From Hydrolagus colliei (lineage: Eukaryota), in assembly GCA_035084275.1 (NCBI GenBank), contig CM068745.1, positions 82,522,001-82,586,000 on the forward strand: a DNA stretch of 64,000 bases, read 5' to 3'. Each line of letters begins with the position of its first letter. The first letter of the stretch is position 1. The notes beneath the pieces were generated by a model. That model was not told where the DNA came from. It saw only the letters and a list, made by a program, of their open reading frames with translations, and did no database searches. The translations under genes were made by a program, and so were the position numbers. This document shows, one piece after another, positions 59,901-64,000 of the stretch.

Positions 59901-59977
59901 GTAAGAACTAATATAAAGGTTCAGAGAGAAAATAACAGCGCTGAGGGTAGGAGTACACACACCAAGGTCCTACTCAC

Positions 59978-60031
59978 CGTCATCTCCTGTCTCATTCATC
60001 TCCATTCTCATTAAAAAGGCACAAATTTGTT
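59978..60031 (-). other. Candidate orphan 54-nt phase-1/1 exon (EQICAFLMRMEMNETGDD)
   Basis: Acceptor tataatttcag|, donor GACG|gtgagt, open in phase 1. Confidence 0.25.
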
Positions 60032-63000
60032 CTGAAATTATACTAGTCATTATCCAGTATAACAGGCACGTAGAGGTGTAGAGGTTGTAGAGGTTCTTCA
60101 TAGCAGGTTAGGTGCTGGGAATTTCAAGGACTTTTTGAAACAAATCCAGAAATGCCATTAAGTTGAGTAAGGCACTTTGATTAGTTGAAGATTTGGATTT
60201 TTCTATGAAGATATTTGAATTCCATTTAGAAGGTTGAAGTAAGATAAGATTAAGAGTAAGATTACTTGGGCTTGTTACTTAGTTTTTATTACATCAAGTT
60301 GTACTATAGAAGGAAAAACGTTGCTTAGGTAAATATGGAGAAATACGGTTCTGACTCTTCTGACAAAGGGTCAGAAACGTTGGCTCACTTCCTTTCTGGC
60401 TTCCTTTCTCCATAGATGCTGCCTGACCTGCTGAGTGGAGTGTTCCCAGCTGTTTCTGTTTGAAAAATATGGTATATGATCTGTTATGATTCAGATAAAT
60501 ACTAGCAACAAATCATAGAATTTTATGGCACAAAAGGAAGCCATTCGGCCCATCTAGTGTGTAACACTTATCCTTAAAATGTCCCACTTTTATTTAGTAA
60601 ATACAGTTTCAATAGGATCTTTAACATCCACCTGAACAGGCATCTGGGACGTTGATTTAATGTCGCTCCAAAAGATCCGCCTTCCGACAATGCCGTATAG
60701 ACACACGCCTCTTCATTTGTCCACAATAAAATGACATTTTTGTCACTTGTCAGTTCAATTTTTCCCAAAGTATAAATGCTATTCCTTTCTACTTTCAGAT
60801 GGATGTAACAGTTTTACCAGAAATCATTTCTTTAGTGATTTCCTTCTGGATATCAGCAGCCTGTGATTGATTTAGTTTTTGCGTTTGTGTACGCGAGCGA
60901 GATAATTTATCATGTTCCCTTAAATGAAAGCAGTTTCTCCTAGTGTCCTGCCCAACAATAATCTCCCAAATAAAATTGGACATTCGATTCACGGCTGCTG
61001 TGTGGGACATTGCTGTGCGCAATTGGGTTGCCCCTTTCGCCTACATATACAGTCACTCCACCCAACAGTAAACCCTGTAAAGCACTTTGGGGCATCCTCC
61101 AGACCTGAGAGACACTAAAACCAATTGCAACAATTATTATGACTATTATTATAGGGTTATTATTCATACACAAAAGGGACCTCTGGATTGCTTAGTGGAT
61201 AAATTTGCAGCCTGAATAGCAAAGATCAACATCACAATTCATGATAAGGCATTTTAGATTGTCTGTTGCTAATTTGAGGAATTAGATCTGCTGTATTGCC
61301 CATAGCAGTATCTAGGGTTTCCCACGTCACAGGAGCCACGTGGAGCTGAACCTAAATAATCAGCGTTAAAATCAACTCTTTCAAACGTCTGTTGAAGCCG
61401 AGATGAACAATGAAGCTGAGTGTGGGTTTGTGAGCTTCCAATATCTACAAAAGCTTCCGAAGACAACCAAAGCCGAATCAAAGGTTCTCTCAGCTACACA
61501 GCGAGTAGAACAGTGACGCTATTTATTAATAGGAGATTCTGGATTGAATAATTGAGTCAATAGGTCATGCCTCCAGGTTAATGCTTCAGGCCATAAACGA
61601 TATTTGCCAGAGTTCTCTACTGACTGAAGGTTTGGTTTTAACCCCTACAAAGGGAAATTTCTATTATAGAAAGATCAAAGGGTGCACGGCTTGCTAGAAA
61701 TATTGGTCTTTGTAGGTTTGCTGAAGCAGAACAACAACAAAAATGACACTGGTACAGCCTTTCACGTCAGTTGGCAACACAGGTCCATCAACACAGTATA
61801 GTCACTACCTTGGAAAATACGTGGGACAATTTGGCTTTGCTCTCGCAAGTGACGAATAAACAGATGCAATAACCTGTTTGACTAACCGAAGCATCTGTTA
61901 CCTGCTTACACTTGGCAGATCACCAGAGGAAAGGATCTTGGAAGGGTCTTCAAAAGAACAGATGCCGTGGACGTTGAGCAATCCAAAGTATTTATATAAT
62001 AAATAAAATCAGAAATGGCAAGCTCCAAACGCAGGATAATAATAATAATAACAATAATAATCCTGGCATTTGAAAATAGTGCTCTTCACATCTTCTAGAC
62101 TGTGTCTCAAAGCGCTTCACAGAATATACCGTGAGGTGAATTGGCTGTATATTTGTGGGCGAAATATCTGGATATCTGAATATCTTATATCTGATAAGTG
62201 TCTCGTTCTCTGCGGACTACAATGGCAGAAAATGTGTAGCTTCAGCTGTAAATTTATGCTGTCTGAATACTGTTCTTTGTTCTAGTACAGTACAGGTACC
62301 AATATTTCCCCATAAACGCACTAAGCTTCAGGCCCTGCGATGCAATATGTCACCGATCTCGACAAATAATCTTGTACATGACACATGCCTCAGTACCAAT
62401 ACCATAGGTTTTTATTCTATTCTGACTTTGGTTGGCGTTTGGTATAAATATAATTTCCACGGCTGCACAGTTGACGAGCAGGAAACAGAGTAAGTGAACA
62501 ATAGATACCTTTCAAGCCAACTTTGTTACAGTACAGAATCCAGGAGCAGGTAATGTAATAGTAATTCGACGGTCCCATCGGTCACCCTCCCTTCCCTCCA
62601 CCCTCCCTGATCCCGATCCCAGCTTGGGTCTGAAACATTGACTGTCCAGCACCTTGGGACTGACGTGAAAGGCACTATACAAATATAATATTGTTGTTGT
62701 TGTTGTTATTGAGAAGTCAGTACTCTAACCATTGAGCTACAGGAGTTACAGAGTTACAGAATACCAACTGCGCTCAAACAATCAGTTAAAATGTCCATCT
62801 TGTTGGACATTTCATTTGAAAAGAAAGACTTTTTGTTCTCGTTATTGCAAAAAGACTCAAAATATCTGAGAAGTGGCTTATTTAATAGTAGCACGCTATA
62901 CAGCCGTGTTCTCACTGCAGTCAATGGATTTTCAAAATCAGAGTACAGTATAGAACACGCAGCCTCATGCCCTCAACTTCAAAAGTTTCTCAAGTCCTAA

Positions 63001-64000
63001 TAGAATCAGAAATGACAGCAGAGAAAGATGCCATTGGACCCATTGCTTGCCAGGGAAGTTGTTGTTGAAGCCAGCTGAGCGGAGAGGAGATTTTGATCCC
63101 ATCTGTATGAACTGCATTACCCAACGAGGAGGTGATGAGGAATATTGGAAGAGACAGAAGGTGAATTATTCAGCAATGCCCTGAATTGCGAAGCAAATGA
63201 ACGTATCTACGGTCGGCTCCTCTTCAGTCACGAGAATTACTAAAATCATGAAAGTAGGGAACAACTTCTAGGCTTTATTGCTTTCTTCCAGTCGGCTGTT
63301 ATTAGAGGGGGTGCGGGGGACGCTGCTGTGCTCAATTGGCTGCCGCGTTTCGCTCTCCCACAAATATACATACAGTCAATTCACTTTACAGTGTATTCTG
63401 TGAAGCGCTTTGAGACACAGTCGATAAGATGTGAAAAGCCGCGATATCCAAATGCGAAGGATTATTATTATTACTGTATTATTATTATTCCAGAATGATT
63501 AAGAAACTATCCCTGAGTTCATTTTACAGTACCTACCTGGGGTACAATGAGAGAGAAGTGTATGTGTTTTATCTCACTGACGCCATCTCAAGCACTTTAC
63601 AGTGACACTCAATCATGTGTAGTGGCTGTTTTATTAGGAGACATTGTTTCGGACGCAGTAATTTCCCACAAAAACTGCCACAAAGTAAAATGATGGAGTT
63701 TACACTGGAGAAAAAACACTCTTCTCTTTGCAAATAACATCACAGCCACAAAGTGACTAATAAATTGTATCTGGGAGGATTGTTGTTCTAGATTAGAACG
63801 CCACAAAGGAACAAACTCAACATCTCATCTGTGCTTCAAAGTAGAAAACATCTATCAATATTTTAAAATGATAATTAATTAAAAATACGTTTATAATTTT
63901 TTTAAAAAATTAATGTTGGCTTATTATTTTGCTTGGTTTGATTGCCCCTGCCCCTTGTTGAATTTAAGTGGAAAATAAAATAACATTTTATTGGAAAAAA

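Noticed and set aside
62791-63000. 69-aa ORF MSILLDISFEKK... and the nearby open frame ending ...EEYWKRQK|gtgaat (about 63055-63160)
   Set aside because: No recognisable domain and weak or absent splice support. ORFs of this length are expected by chance.
29000-64000. Expected syntenic neighbours (CD58, CD2, PTGFRN, TTF2, TRIM45)
   Set aside because: I found no Ig, helicase or RING/B-box exons in any frame in this interval.

Overview
Vertebrate genomic DNA, probably from a cartilaginous fish; this taxon call is inferred from the repeat landscape and not proven. The only gene I can fully support is a 10-exon plus-strand EWI-family immunoglobulin-superfamily gene (IGSF3/CD101-like) at 1647-28762. 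It has a leader exon, eight phase-1/1 V-set Ig exons and a transmembrane/cytoplasmic exon, and splices to 3495 nt (1164 aa plus stop) with all introns GT-AG. The rest of the window is dominated by retroposons: a tRNA-headed SINE family that shares its 3' stem-loop with an L2 LINE, many L2 fragments (two still carry about 420-490 codons of open reverse-transcriptase frame), CR1 3' ends, degenerate DeuSINE-like copies, two hAT/Charlie MITEs and several Penelope-type short repeats. The Penelope-type repeats carry a degenerate minimal hammerhead-ribozyme-like core with a covarying stem. From 29 to 64 kb I recognise no gene, but there are a few well-formed orphan exon candidates, a TATA/palindrome site and a tandem STAT (GAS) site. 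Most other ORFs in the track are repeat-derived or antisense artefacts.
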